From Acidimicrobiia bacterium (GTDB lineage Bacteria > Actinomycetota > Acidimicrobiia > Spongiisociales > JAENVV01), in NCBI GenBank assembly GCA_041577335.1, contig JBFGJH010000005.1:1-64000 (forward strand): a DNA stretch of 64,000 nucleotides, in the 5' to 3' direction. The position numbers and the translations under genes were made by a program. Shown here one piece after another: positions 51,230 to 60,385 of this stretch. Positions within the stretch are counted from its first letter, which is position 1. Each line of letters opens with the position of its first letter. The notes below the pieces were generated by a model. The model was not told where the DNA came from. It did no database searches and saw only the letters and a list, made by a program, of their open reading frames with translations.

Positions 51230-52287
51230 CCGACATCACCTTCCACGAACTCAAAGTGAATGCAGTGACCCCGCTCACCGCCGATGCGGTTGCGATCGCC
51301 CTGGAAGTGCCACCCCATCTCGAAGACCTCTTCGAGGCCCGCGCCGGACAGCACGTGACCGTGCGCGCCGCCATCGATGGTGAGGACGTGCGGCGCAGTT
51401 ATAGCTATTGCCGCAAGCCCCGCCGCGGCTTCATCGACATCGGCGTCAAACGGCTTCCAGATGGGAAATTCTCGACCTTTGCCACCTCTCAGCTGAAGGC
51501 GGGCCACACTTTGGAGGTTGCCCCTCCAGCCGGAGAGTTCACGCTGCCGCCTGCCGATGGCCCTCGCCATATCGCCGCGATCGCGGCCGGAAGCGGAATC
51601 ACGCCGGTGAAGTCACTCATCGAGACGGTGCTCTCCGACGAGCCAGGAGCCACAGCTACTCTCGTGTACGGCAACAGAACGCCCGCGACGGTCATGTTCC
51701 TCGACGACCTCGCCGACATCAAAGACCTCCATCCCGACCGGTTCCAGCTGATCCATGTGCTGTCTCGCGATCCGGGGGCGTTGCCGCTGTTCGCGGGTCG
51801 GATCGATCGGGAGCGGATCGCGGAACTGCTCGACGTGCTGATCGATCCGGGGCAGGTGGACGAATGGTATCTCTGTGGCCCCTACGACATGGTCACCGGA
51901 GCACGTGCCACTCTCATCGAACGAGGCGTTGCCGCCGATCGGATCCATGACGAGTTGTTCTTCTCGGGCCCGATCGACATCCCCGAGCCACCACCGGAGG
52001 ACGAAGAAGGGACCGTTCTGCTTCGCTTTCTCGCCGACGGGATCACCTCCGAGGTGAGGATGCGACCCGAGACCGCCATCTTGGACGCTGCCCTGTCGGT
52101 GCGACCCGAAATGGCTTACTCGTGCCGAGGCGGAATGTGCGCCACCTGCAAAGGCAAGGTGCTCGAAGGTTCTGCCGCCATGGACAAAAACTACGCCCTC
52201 ATCCAGGCAGAGACCGATGCCGGGTTCGTGCTCACCTGCCAGGCCCACCCCACAGCAGACGCCGTGTTCGTGGATTACGACGCGTGA
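51226..52287 (+). CDS. paaE: Phenylacetyl-CoA epoxidase reductase (FAD, [2Fe-2S])
   Basis: RRSYS, AAGSGITP, LCGP..M, YSCRGGMCATC...LTCQ. Confidence 0.95.
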   Translation: MTDITFHELKVNAVTPLTADAVAIALEVPPHLEDLFEARAGQHVTVRAAIDGEDVRRSYSYCRKPRRGFIDIGVKRLPDGKFSTFATSQLKAGHTLEVAPPAGEFTLPPADGPRHIAAIAAGSGITPVKSLIETVLSDEPGATATLVYGNRTPATVMFLDDLADIKDLHPDRFQLIHVLSRDPGALPLFAGRIDRERIAELLDVLIDPGQVDEWYLCGPYDMVTGARATLIERGVAADRIHDELFFSGPIDIPEPPPEDEEGTVLLRFLADGITSEVRMRPETAILDAALSVRPEMAYSCRGGMCATCKGKVLEGSAAMDKNYALIQAETDAGFVLTCQAHPTADAVFVDYDA

Positions 52288-52844
52288 CCCAGACCAGTCG
52301 CCAAGATGTGATCGACGCGGCGGGGCGTCTTTTCGCCAAGCGTGGCTACCACGGCACGTCGATGAGGACGCTCGGCAAAGAGCTTGGCCTGGTTGGATCA
52401 TCGCTGTACTCACACGTCGGCAGCAAGGAGGAGCTGCTGGTCGAGGTAGTGCGACACGGCGCGGCGCTGTTCGAGGCCTCCGTCGACAGAGCCCGGGCTG
52501 GCGGAGGCGACGGAGCCACCCAACTACGCAACCTCATCACCGGCCACCTCGACGTGGTGCTCGACAACCGCGACGCGGCGTCGACGTATCTCAACGAGGC
52601 CTCGGTGCTGGACGCTGATCATCGCAATCAGGTACGCGCCGAACGCAACCGATACGAACAGGCGTTCCGGGAGGTCTTCGACCTCGGCACCAAGGACGGT
52701 TCGCTTCCGAAGGCCGCAGACCCCAAACTCGCTGCCATTTTCACGCTATCGGTGCTGAACGCGGTCCCGCGGTGGTACCGGCCGCTTGGGCCCCTCGACC
52801 GGACAGACCTGGCAGACGAGATCTTCAGCTTCGTGACCCGCTAG
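52284..52844 (+). CDS. TetR-family regulator (likely PaaR-type repressor)
   Basis: A..LF...GY.GTS...L...LG....SLY.H..SKE.LL; GTG overlaps the paaE stop. Confidence 0.88.
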   Translation: MTQTSRQDVIDAAGRLFAKRGYHGTSMRTLGKELGLVGSSLYSHVGSKEELLVEVVRHGAALFEASVDRARAGGGDGATQLRNLITGHLDVVLDNRDAASTYLNEASVLDADHRNQVRAERNRYEQAFREVFDLGTKDGSLPKAADPKLAAIFTLSVLNAVPRWYRPLGPLDRTDLADEIFSFVTR

Positions 52845-52914
52845 CCCAGTCGTTCGACCACAGAATGGAGCGCCCGGGTACGGAGAGGTGGCAGGGGCCG
52901 CTAGGTTGCGGTGA

Positions 52915-53592
52915 ATGGATTTCACGCTCACAGCTCCCGACGGATCCGACTGGACCTTGTCGGATCATCTTGACGCCCCGGCGGTTCTGTTCTTCCTGAG
53001 GGGAGACTGGTGAGCGTATTGCAACGGCCAGCTGGTCAGCTTGGCCTCCCGACACGAAGACTTCCTCGCCGCCGGGGGCCGGATCTTTGGCATCGTTGTT
53101 GACAGCCCAGCGCAGAATTCGGCGCTGATCCAGAAGCTCAGCCTGCCGTTCCCGATCTTGTCCGATCCCGACCGAGGTGAGGCAATCAGCCCGATGGGAT
53201 ACAGCAACGCCACCGACCCTCGCAACATAGCCCTGCCGGGCACGGTGATCATCGGCACCGACGGGGCCGACGCCTTTCGCTGGGAGTCACGGGACTTCGC
53301 AGACCGCATCCCGGAGGACGACGTGATCGCAGCGCTCGAACGTATCGGGGGTCCGGCAACCTCTCAAGAGCCACCCACGCTGGGCCCGGCAGAGCCCGGC
53401 CCCAAGGCACTGCCGTTCGAGCAGATGGGCCCCTACTTCCGAGGTGCCCGCTTCGCTGCGCAAGCCCTGGGGCTACGGCACAAGGACGCCTACCCCGATA
53501 TCAAAGACGACAGTAAGGCCTACATCGCCGAGATGGATCGCTACCTCGCTGCGTACAACGCCCTCAAGGAGTCACGGGCCAACAAGACCTAA
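52915..53592 (+). CDS. AhpC/TSA (peroxiredoxin-like, thioredoxin-fold) selenoprotein with a UxxC motif
   Basis: ATG 52915 reads MDFTLTAPDGSDWTLSDHLDAPAVLFFLRGDW-TGA(53011-53013)-AYCNGQL in frame with track ORF 53041..53592 (L.FP.LSDP...PGT.II..DG). Confidence 0.88.
53026..53046 (+). promoter_or_regulatory. Putative bacterial SECIS hairpin
   Basis: GGCCAGCT-GGTC-AGC(T)TGGCC; 8-bp stem with one bulged U, starting 12 nt after the UGA; loop begins with GG. Confidence 0.75.
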
Positions 53593-56500
53593 ACCTCGAT
53601 GGGTACGTGCGGCGTATCGCCCCGCCGCTTGTGCCACTGGTCCCACAAGACGAGCATCGACGGCAGCAAGAGCAGCGACGTCAGGAGCGCAAAGGCGATG
53701 GCGTAGAACGTCACAGCTCCGAACTGGCGGAACGGCGTGAGGTTCGACGTCACCAAAGAGCCGAAGCCCGCCATGGTCGTCATCGCCGAGCCTGCCAGTG
53801 CTCCTCCCGTGTGGAGGGTTGTCGACCGGATGGCGCTCTCCGTGGTTTCATACCGCACGCGGTCCTCTTGGAATCGGTGCGTGATGTGGATGGTGTAGGG
53901 AACACCAATTCCAATGGCCAATGCCGAGATCGTCGCCGTCACCGGGCCAAACGGGATACCGGTGAGGGCCATCATGCCAAAGGTCAACAGGACCACCAGG
54001 CCAACGGGCAGCATGGTAATGACACCCAGCAAAGGCTGACGCGACTCGATCCAGAAGTTCACTACCAGGAGCAGCGTCGCCGCTGCCAGGGTGATGAGCA
54101 GCGACTGCAACTGCGACTCCTGGAGTGACTTCACGACGACATCTCCGATGATGTCGTTGGAGGTCGGTACGGCCGACCCGTCCTGGGCGGTGACCGGCGC
54201 GAACGCCTCGCGCAGATTGGTGTTGAGTTCCCCGGCACGCGCATCGCCGGCTTGGGTGCTGATGCTCCACAGCGAGGCATCCCCATTGACAACGGCGGCA
54301 AATCCCTCGGGGTTCGCCTCTTCGACGAGGCCGTAGATGGCTCCAACGTCGGCGTCTGCGGAGACGCGGAGATCCGCTCCCAGCCCGGCGTCAGCCGCGG
54401 CGATCGCGACTGACTCGTTGTAGCCCGGAGACTGCGGGTTCACCATGTTGCCGATCACGGACAGAACCGAGTCCGCCGATGCCGACCCGCCAAACAGCAC
54501 GACGTCCTCGGTGTCGGCCAGATTCTCGAGAGCATCGACCTGAGCATTGTGGAATGCAGCCGTCTCCACATCGCCCTTCACGAGCACGCTGGTCGACTCG
54601 CCGAACCCCCCACCAAACTCTTCGGTGAGGAGATCGAGCGACTCGAGCAACGGATTGTCACTCGGCACGAAGTCGGTGAACGAAAACTCGGTGGACAGCT
54701 GTTGCCGCCCGTACTCGCCGACGCCCGCAAGGACGAGCCCGACGATGACCACCGGAATGGCGGCGTGAGTTGCCAGCTTGGCTGTCGGTCCAACAATCTT
54801 CGGCAGGTAGACGAGGATGCCGCCGACAGCTGCGCCGATGAACATGAAGATGATGAGGCCCACCGGCTGGAAGCTGTCGCCAAAAGGTGTCTCGTTCAAC
54901 GAGGAGTCGAGGAACGCCGACACTGCGTAGACGAAGACACCGCCGATGATTCCTGCCAAAACTGCACCGACGAGGGAGCCGCTGGCTTCGGAAGCAGCAC
55001 CCAGTGCCGCCTTCGGCAACCGACCTGCTCTTTCAGCCCGGCGATCGAGGAGCTCTCGGACCGCAGGCACGAAGGTCAACATCAGAACGAACGATGCAAC
55101 AATGCCGACGGCCGCCAGGATTCCAAAATCCTTCAATGCCGGCACCGGGCTGACCAAGTTGGTCAGGAACCCGACGGCGGTCGTCACTGTGGCGAGCACG
55201 AGCGCAACACCGACCGTCTTGATCGCCGCCTGGATGGCGTTGTCAACCGACTCGTGCCCTACCTCTTCTCGGTATCGGAACGTCATGTGGATCCCGTAGT
55301 CGACACCGAGGCCGATGAGGAGGATCGGCAGGATCTGGACGATTTGGTTGAAGTCGCCGATCACGCCGAGGTATTTCGGGCCGAGCAGCACCCCCGCACC
55401 CTGCATGAACCCGATCGCCAAGAAAATCGTCACGAGCGTGAGCGCCGTTTCAGCACCGGTACGCCGCGCCGCCAGACCGATGCGATTGCGGTACCAGAAG
55501 TTGAAGAGAAGGATCACGAGGATGATGGCGCCGGCGAGGCCGAACATACGCCCGATCTCAGCTGTGGCATCGCCGCCGGAGGCGAAGATCAGGCCGAACG
55601 AGAATGCCTTGGCCTCGAAGCCTTCGGGCAGGTCGAGCCCGGCGAGCTGATCGGCCAACGCCTGCTGGCGCAAACCGAAGGCTTCCTGCTCGTCCGCGGG
55701 TGCGTCGGTGAGGAACACGAGCATCAGGCCATGGCTCGCCGTGAGAGCGTCCATATCGCGATCCGCACCGAGAAGATTCGATACGACACCCGCCTGCTCC
55801 GCCGGGATGAATGCGAGCCCGTCGCGATAACCGGCTTTCAGCTCTTCGGTCGTTGGAGCCACGGCCGGAGTGAAACCGACGGTGATGCCATCGACGTCGA
55901 CCCCGGTCAGCATGTCGGCCAGGGCCGCTTCCTCGTCTGCGGTCAACGGTTCGGTGAGATTGGCAACCACCAAGCCCTTCGAGGCAACGTTGGCAACCCG
56001 GTCTCGGTCACTTGCCATGAGAAAGTCGAGGAATGGCGCCACATCCGCAGGCAAGAATGCCAGCCGGTCGGCGTACAGGGTCTTGAAGTCCTCCCCGGTC
56101 GCGCCCGGATCGAGAACTCGGGCCGAGAAGGGAGTGGACAGGCCGGCGACCGCAGATGCGAGCTCGGCGACTTCGTCGGGCGTGGCAGGCTCGGAGAGGT
56201 TGACGGTGATCAGGCCTTTGGCGGCCGTGGCAGCCTCGAGATCGGCGTCGTTGGAAACCAGGAACGGGAGGAAGCCAGCCACCTCTGGCGGGAGATCGGC
56301 CTGGCCTCCGAGATATGCCTGCTTGATCGCCTCCGTGTCAGCATCGGCCGGTAATGCCCCTTGGGCGATCGCGACGTCGACCGGGAGAAGGAACGTGGTG
56401 ATCGGCGACTGATCCGGAACGTCCAGGAGCTTCTCGCCGATCGACGAAAATACAGCTTGCTGCACCGCGTTGCTCGTTTGCAGGCCTTCGGCCGTGAAGA

Positions 56501-57113
56501 CGTCGCCATCTCCAGCATCGACGACGATCTGGATCGTTGGCCCCTGTCCGGGTGCTGACGCCAGCGGAGCCATGAACGAGACAAAGGGGCCCTGCGGCGA
56601 CTCGGTGTCGAGCTTCGCCGCAGCTGGTGACTCGAAGACAGCCTGCTGGATGGCATTCACGGCCTCCAGGCCCTCGGGTGAGACCACATCGTCACCAGAA
56701 ACGACGACTCGCACCGTCGGGTTTCCCCCCGCTTGGCCTTCGAGGGGCGCCAAGAACGATACGACCGCCCCAGTGCCTTCCTGCTGTTGGAGGTCGGCAG
56801 CCACCTCGCTCGATTCGATGGTCGACGAGATCTGCTGGACCGTCTCGAGGCCCTCCGCGCTCAAGACATCTCCGTCGTCGGTGGCGACAATCACCTGAAG
56901 CACCACGCTTGACGATTCGTCACCGAAGACCTCGCCGATTTCCTCCGCCGCCGTCAGCTCTTCTGCATCAGGCGCAAACCCCTCGTTGGCATCGGCCATG
57001 ACAATCTGGCTCGAGAACGACGCCACGATGAAGGTTGCCGCGATCACCGCCACGATCGTGATGATTGGATGACGACGGACCGAGATGGCGAGCAGATTGA
57101 TGACGGACTTCAC
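53589..57113 (-). CDS. MMPL/RND-family transporter with a greatly expanded first extracytoplasmic loop
   Basis: TM1, large loop, ILLIGLGVDYGIH, ATVTTAVGF, second half GIGVPYTIH, SAMTTMAGFG; 1174 aa. Confidence 0.93.
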   Translation of the reverse strand: MKSVINLLAISVRRHPIITIVAVIAATFIVASFSSQIVMADANEGFAPDAEELTAAEEIGEVFGDESSSVVLQVIVATDDGDVLSAEGLETVQQISSTIESSEVAADLQQQEGTGAVVSFLAPLEGQAGGNPTVRVVVSGDDVVSPEGLEAVNAIQQAVFESPAAAKLDTESPQGPFVSFMAPLASAPGQGPTIQIVVDAGDGDVFTAEGLQTSNAVQQAVFSSIGEKLLDVPDQSPITTFLLPVDVAIAQGALPADADTEAIKQAYLGGQADLPPEVAGFLPFLVSNDADLEAATAAKGLITVNLSEPATPDEVAELASAVAGLSTPFSARVLDPGATGEDFKTLYADRLAFLPADVAPFLDFLMASDRDRVANVASKGLVVANLTEPLTADEEAALADMLTGVDVDGITVGFTPAVAPTTEELKAGYRDGLAFIPAEQAGVVSNLLGADRDMDALTASHGLMLVFLTDAPADEQEAFGLRQQALADQLAGLDLPEGFEAKAFSFGLIFASGGDATAEIGRMFGLAGAIILVILLFNFWYRNRIGLAARRTGAETALTLVTIFLAIGFMQGAGVLLGPKYLGVIGDFNQIVQILPILLIGLGVDYGIHMTFRYREEVGHESVDNAIQAAIKTVGVALVLATVTTAVGFLTNLVSPVPALKDFGILAAVGIVASFVLMLTFVPAVRELLDRRAERAGRLPKAALGAASEASGSLVGAVLAGIIGGVFVYAVSAFLDSSLNETPFGDSFQPVGLIIFMFIGAAVGGILVYLPKIVGPTAKLATHAAIPVVIVGLVLAGVGEYGRQQLSTEFSFTDFVPSDNPLLESLDLLTEEFGGGFGESTSVLVKGDVETAAFHNAQVDALENLADTEDVVLFGGSASADSVLSVIGNMVNPQSPGYNESVAIAAADAGLGADLRVSADADVGAIYGLVEEANPEGFAAVVNGDASLWSISTQAGDARAGELNTNLREAFAPVTAQDGSAVPTSNDIIGDVVVKSLQESQLQSLLITLAAATLLLVVNFWIESRQPLLGVITMLPVGLVVLLTFGMMALTGIPFGPVTATISALAIGIGVPYTIHITHRFQEDRVRYETTESAIRSTTLHTGGALAGSAMTTMAGFGSLVTSNLTPFRQFGAVTFYAIAFALLTSLLLLPSMLVLWDQWHKRRGDTPHVPIEV

Positions 57114-57181
57114 GGCGACCTCTCAAGTGAAATATTTCTCAAGAAGGCTGGATGCTATCGGTAGCCGCAGCAGATGTGTAA

Positions 57182-58258
57182 TCAATCAACGAAGACGCCG
57201 AGTTCGGCCAGGAGCCGGCGGTTCTCGTCAGGGGTCCCGACGGTCACCCTGACGTGGGCCGGACCGATCGGACGGGTGATGATTCCGCGAGTGAGCAAAC
57301 GTTCAACGATCCCCCGCCCATCGCCGAACGGACCGGTCATCACGAAGTTCGTCTGTGAAGGGGCGTAGGGAATGCCCCGATCCGCAAACGCCGCCTCGAG
57401 GCGGGATCGCTCGGCGTCATTCTCTACGACCCGAGCTGCGACGAGATCCTGATGCTTCAGGGCCTCGACGGCGGCAGCCTCGGCAAGCACGCTGACCACG
57501 AACGGCGCCTGGGGTTTGGAGATCTCCGCCATCGTTTCCGGTCGACCGACCGCGTAACCGACCCGCAACCCAGCCAGGCCATAAACCTTGGAAAAGGTCC
57601 GAGTCCAGACCACGTTGGGCAGCTCCATCGCCAGGTCCAAGGCAGGCTCGAACCGTGGATCCGTGGCGTACTCGCCATACGCTTCGTCGATCACCACCAA
57701 CACCGTATCGGGCAGAGCCCGCACGAACGCCTCCACGTCATCGCTCCCACAGATCGTGCCACTCGGATTGTTGGGGTTGCACAAATACACGATGGTCGTA
57801 TCGGCTCGGACGGCATCGCGCATGGCATCGAGGTCATGGGCGGCATTGGCGTCGAGAGGGACCGGAATCGGCTCGGCGCCCGCCACATCGGTGGCGATGG
57901 GGTACATCGCAAACGAAGGCCACGCAAACACCGCCGAAGTTCCCGGCCCGCCCACAGCTAGCGCCATTGTCCTCAACACCTCGGAGCTGCCCGCCCCGAC
58001 CCACACAGAGTCACGGTCGACACCGAGGTGCGTCGCCAGTGCCGACCGGATGGCAAAGTAGTCGTTGTCCGGATAGCGATTCAGGTCGCCGATACGTGAT
58101 TCGATGGCCTCGAGGACCGGCTCGAACGGCGGGTATGGACACTCGTTGGAGGCGAGCTTGATGATCGACTCGAGGCCGTATTCGCGCATCACGGCATCCA
58201 TGTCTCGACCGGCTTCGTACCGGCGAATACCTTGAACTTGTGGACGAATTCGCAACAT
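57182..58258 (-). CDS. hisC: Histidinol-phosphate / aromatic amino acid aminotransferase (HisC/Pat family)
   Basis: KLASNE, NRYPD, CNPNNPSG, DEAY.EY, RTFSKVYGLAGLRVGY; start re-called to ATG 58258. Confidence 0.85.
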   Translation of the reverse strand: MLRIRPQVQGIRRYEAGRDMDAVMREYGLESIIKLASNECPYPPFEPVLEAIESRIGDLNRYPDNDYFAIRSALATHLGVDRDSVWVGAGSSEVLRTMALAVGGPGTSAVFAWPSFAMYPIATDVAGAEPIPVPLDANAAHDLDAMRDAVRADTTIVYLCNPNNPSGTICGSDDVEAFVRALPDTVLVVIDEAYGEYATDPRFEPALDLAMELPNVVWTRTFSKVYGLAGLRVGYAVGRPETMAEISKPQAPFVVSVLAEAAAVEALKHQDLVAARVVENDAERSRLEAAFADRGIPYAPSQTNFVMTGPFGDGRGIVERLLTRGIITRPIGPAHVRVTVGTPDENRRLLAELGVFVD

Positions 58259-58320
58259 GTGGCAAGGGTAGACCACCTGGGCCGGCGTCATCGGGCAGTG
58301 CGGTCCGCGATACTTGACCC

Positions 58321-60381
58321 ATGCGCCAGATACTCGACATCGACGGCACACTCGCACCAGACGCTCGCTCCTTCTCCGATGCGCTGGTTGCGGACATGTA
58401 TCGCCTCATGGTGCGGACACGCGCCTATGACCGACAGGCGATGGGGCTACAACGGCAGGGAAGAATCGGCACGTATCCGCCGTCGGAGGGCCACGAAGCC
58501 GCCCAGATAGGCGCAGTCTTGGCGTTGGGTCCCGACGACTGGGTGTATCCCGCCTATCGGGAGCACGGCGCGGAGCTGGCGATGGGCATGCCAATCGAAG
58601 TGATCCTGTCCTATTGGAGAGGCCTGCCCAACCCCGAGTGGAACCCACACGTCTACCGAGTCGGCACGCTCGCCGTCCCCATCGGGAGCCACCTGCCACA
58701 TGCCGTAGGTCACGCGTACGAAGCACGCCGGGCAGGACGCTCTATCGTCACGATGTCGTTCATGGGAGACGGCACAACGTCCTCGAATGATTTCCATTCG
58801 GCCCTCACGTTTGCGGGCGTATGGAAGACACCGTCGGTGTTCGTCTGCCAAAACAACCAGTGGGCGATCTCGACGCCGGTGGCCCGCCAAACCGGAGCAG
58901 CTCACCTCGTCGACAAAGCCATCGGCTACGGGATCGAGGGTGTCCGGGTGGATGGCATGGACGCACTGGCCGTCTACGAAGCAGCATCGGAGGCGGTAGC
59001 CCGAGCCCGGGACGGCTCAGGACCGACCTTCATCGAAGCGGTGTGCTATCGACTGGGGCCGCACGCCACAGCCGACGATCCCAGTTTGTATCGAAGTGAC
59101 GATGAGGTGGAGCAGTGGCGGCCACGAGATCCGCTGACGCGCATGCGCCGCCTCATCGATCGGCGCGGGCTGGCGGTCGACACGGGCCACGTGGAACACC
59201 AGACCACCCAAGAGGTGCAAGAAGCAATCGCCAAGATCGAACAACGGCCACAGCCCGCTCGCGGGGACGCCATTCGGCACGCCATGGTCCGAATTCCTCA
59301 ACCAATGATCGACCAGATGCACAAGGCCGAAGACGCCCGCGACGAAGAGCGGACCGACTACGGCATCGACGAGCTGTGGCCCCATGCGGAGGATCCGCAC
59401 CCCGTCGGATCGGTACGGTCGATGACCATGGCGGAAGCGATCTCCGCCGCCATCACCGAGGCGATGGACAGCGATGATCGAACGGTTGTGCTCGGCGAGG
59501 ACGTCGGCGCCACCGGCGGCGTATTCCGCATCACCGCGGGCATGTTGGAGAAATATGGATCAGAGCGAATCATCGATACACCTCTCAACGAGTCGGGGAT
59601 CATCGGCACGGCCATCGGCATGGCGTTGGGCGGAGGACGGCCCATCGCTGAGATTCAGTTTGACGGCTTCGTCTATCCCGCCATGGACCAGATCGTCAAT
59701 CACCTGGGCCGGCTGCGATACCGAAGCCGCGGCGCCCTGGCGGTCCCCGTCGTCGTCCGGATGCCCAACGGAGCGGGCATCGGGGCACACGAGCACCACT
59801 GCGACTCCCCGGAGACGTACTTCGTGCACACACCCGGCATCGTGGTCGTGGTCCCATCGAATCCTGTCGACGCCAAAGGGCTGCTGGCGGCCGCGCTCGA
59901 GTCGGACGACCCGGTGATGTTCTTGGAGCCCAAAGTTCGCTATCGCTCGCCGCGGGGCGAGGTACCAACCGATCGGTACACAATCCCGCTCGGCAGGGCA
60001 GCCATCGTCGACGAGGGATCTGACGTGACAGTCGTGACGTACGGCGGCATGGTGTTGCCGGCGCGCAAGGCGGCCGCCGAGGTCGACGCCTCCGTGGAGG
60101 TCGTCGACCTACGAACGCTCTATCCGTGGGACGAACAAGCGGTGCTCGGATCTGTCGCCAAAACCGGGCGACTCGTGTTGGTTCAAGAGCCGCCCCAGAC
60201 AGCCGGCATGGTCGCCGAGGTGGCCGCCGTGGTCGCCGAGAAAGCCGTCTACGATCTCGCCGGCCCCATTGTCCGTGTCTGCGGGTTCGACACGCCGATC
60301 CCCCATTTTGCTGTGGAAGAGCACGGCCTCGTCGACGTCGCCGACATCGTTGCGGGAATCCATCGGGCGTTGGCCGGCTGA
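58321..60381 (+). CDS. Fused 2-oxo acid dehydrogenase E1 alpha+beta (PdhAB/BkdAB-like)
   Basis: Alpha: LQRQGR, GHEAAQ, GDG...NNQWAIS, YR...H...DD. Beta: GEDVG..GGVFR, DTPL.E.GI.G, EIQF, EHH. One continuous ORF. Confidence 0.93.
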   Translation: MRQILDIDGTLAPDARSFSDALVADMYRLMVRTRAYDRQAMGLQRQGRIGTYPPSEGHEAAQIGAVLALGPDDWVYPAYREHGAELAMGMPIEVILSYWRGLPNPEWNPHVYRVGTLAVPIGSHLPHAVGHAYEARRAGRSIVTMSFMGDGTTSSNDFHSALTFAGVWKTPSVFVCQNNQWAISTPVARQTGAAHLVDKAIGYGIEGVRVDGMDALAVYEAASEAVARARDGSGPTFIEAVCYRLGPHATADDPSLYRSDDEVEQWRPRDPLTRMRRLIDRRGLAVDTGHVEHQTTQEVQEAIAKIEQRPQPARGDAIRHAMVRIPQPMIDQMHKAEDARDEERTDYGIDELWPHAEDPHPVGSVRSMTMAEAISAAITEAMDSDDRTVVLGEDVGATGGVFRITAGMLEKYGSERIIDTPLNESGIIGTAIGMALGGGRPIAEIQFDGFVYPAMDQIVNHLGRLRYRSRGALAVPVVVRMPNGAGIGAHEHHCDSPETYFVHTPGIVVVVPSNPVDAKGLLAAALESDDPVMFLEPKVRYRSPRGEVPTDRYTIPLGRAAIVDEGSDVTVVTYGGMVLPARKAAAEVDASVEVVDLRTLYPWDEQAVLGSVAKTGRLVLVQEPPQTAGMVAEVAAVVAEKAVYDLAGPIVRVCGFDTPIPHFAVEEHGLVDVADIVAGIHRALAG

Positions 60382-60385
60382 CCCC

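Noticed and set aside
54549..56354. 601-aa plus-strand ORF and other long antisense or alternate-frame ORFs (for example 15194..16441, 35721..36794, 62736..63959)
   Set aside because: Shadow ORFs of well-supported genes in high-GC DNA; no recognisable motifs.
57121..57143. TCTCAAG direct repeat around the palindrome GAAATATTTC upstream of the MMPL gene
   Set aside because: Could be an operator, but it is short, occurs once and has no adjacent regulator to tie it to.
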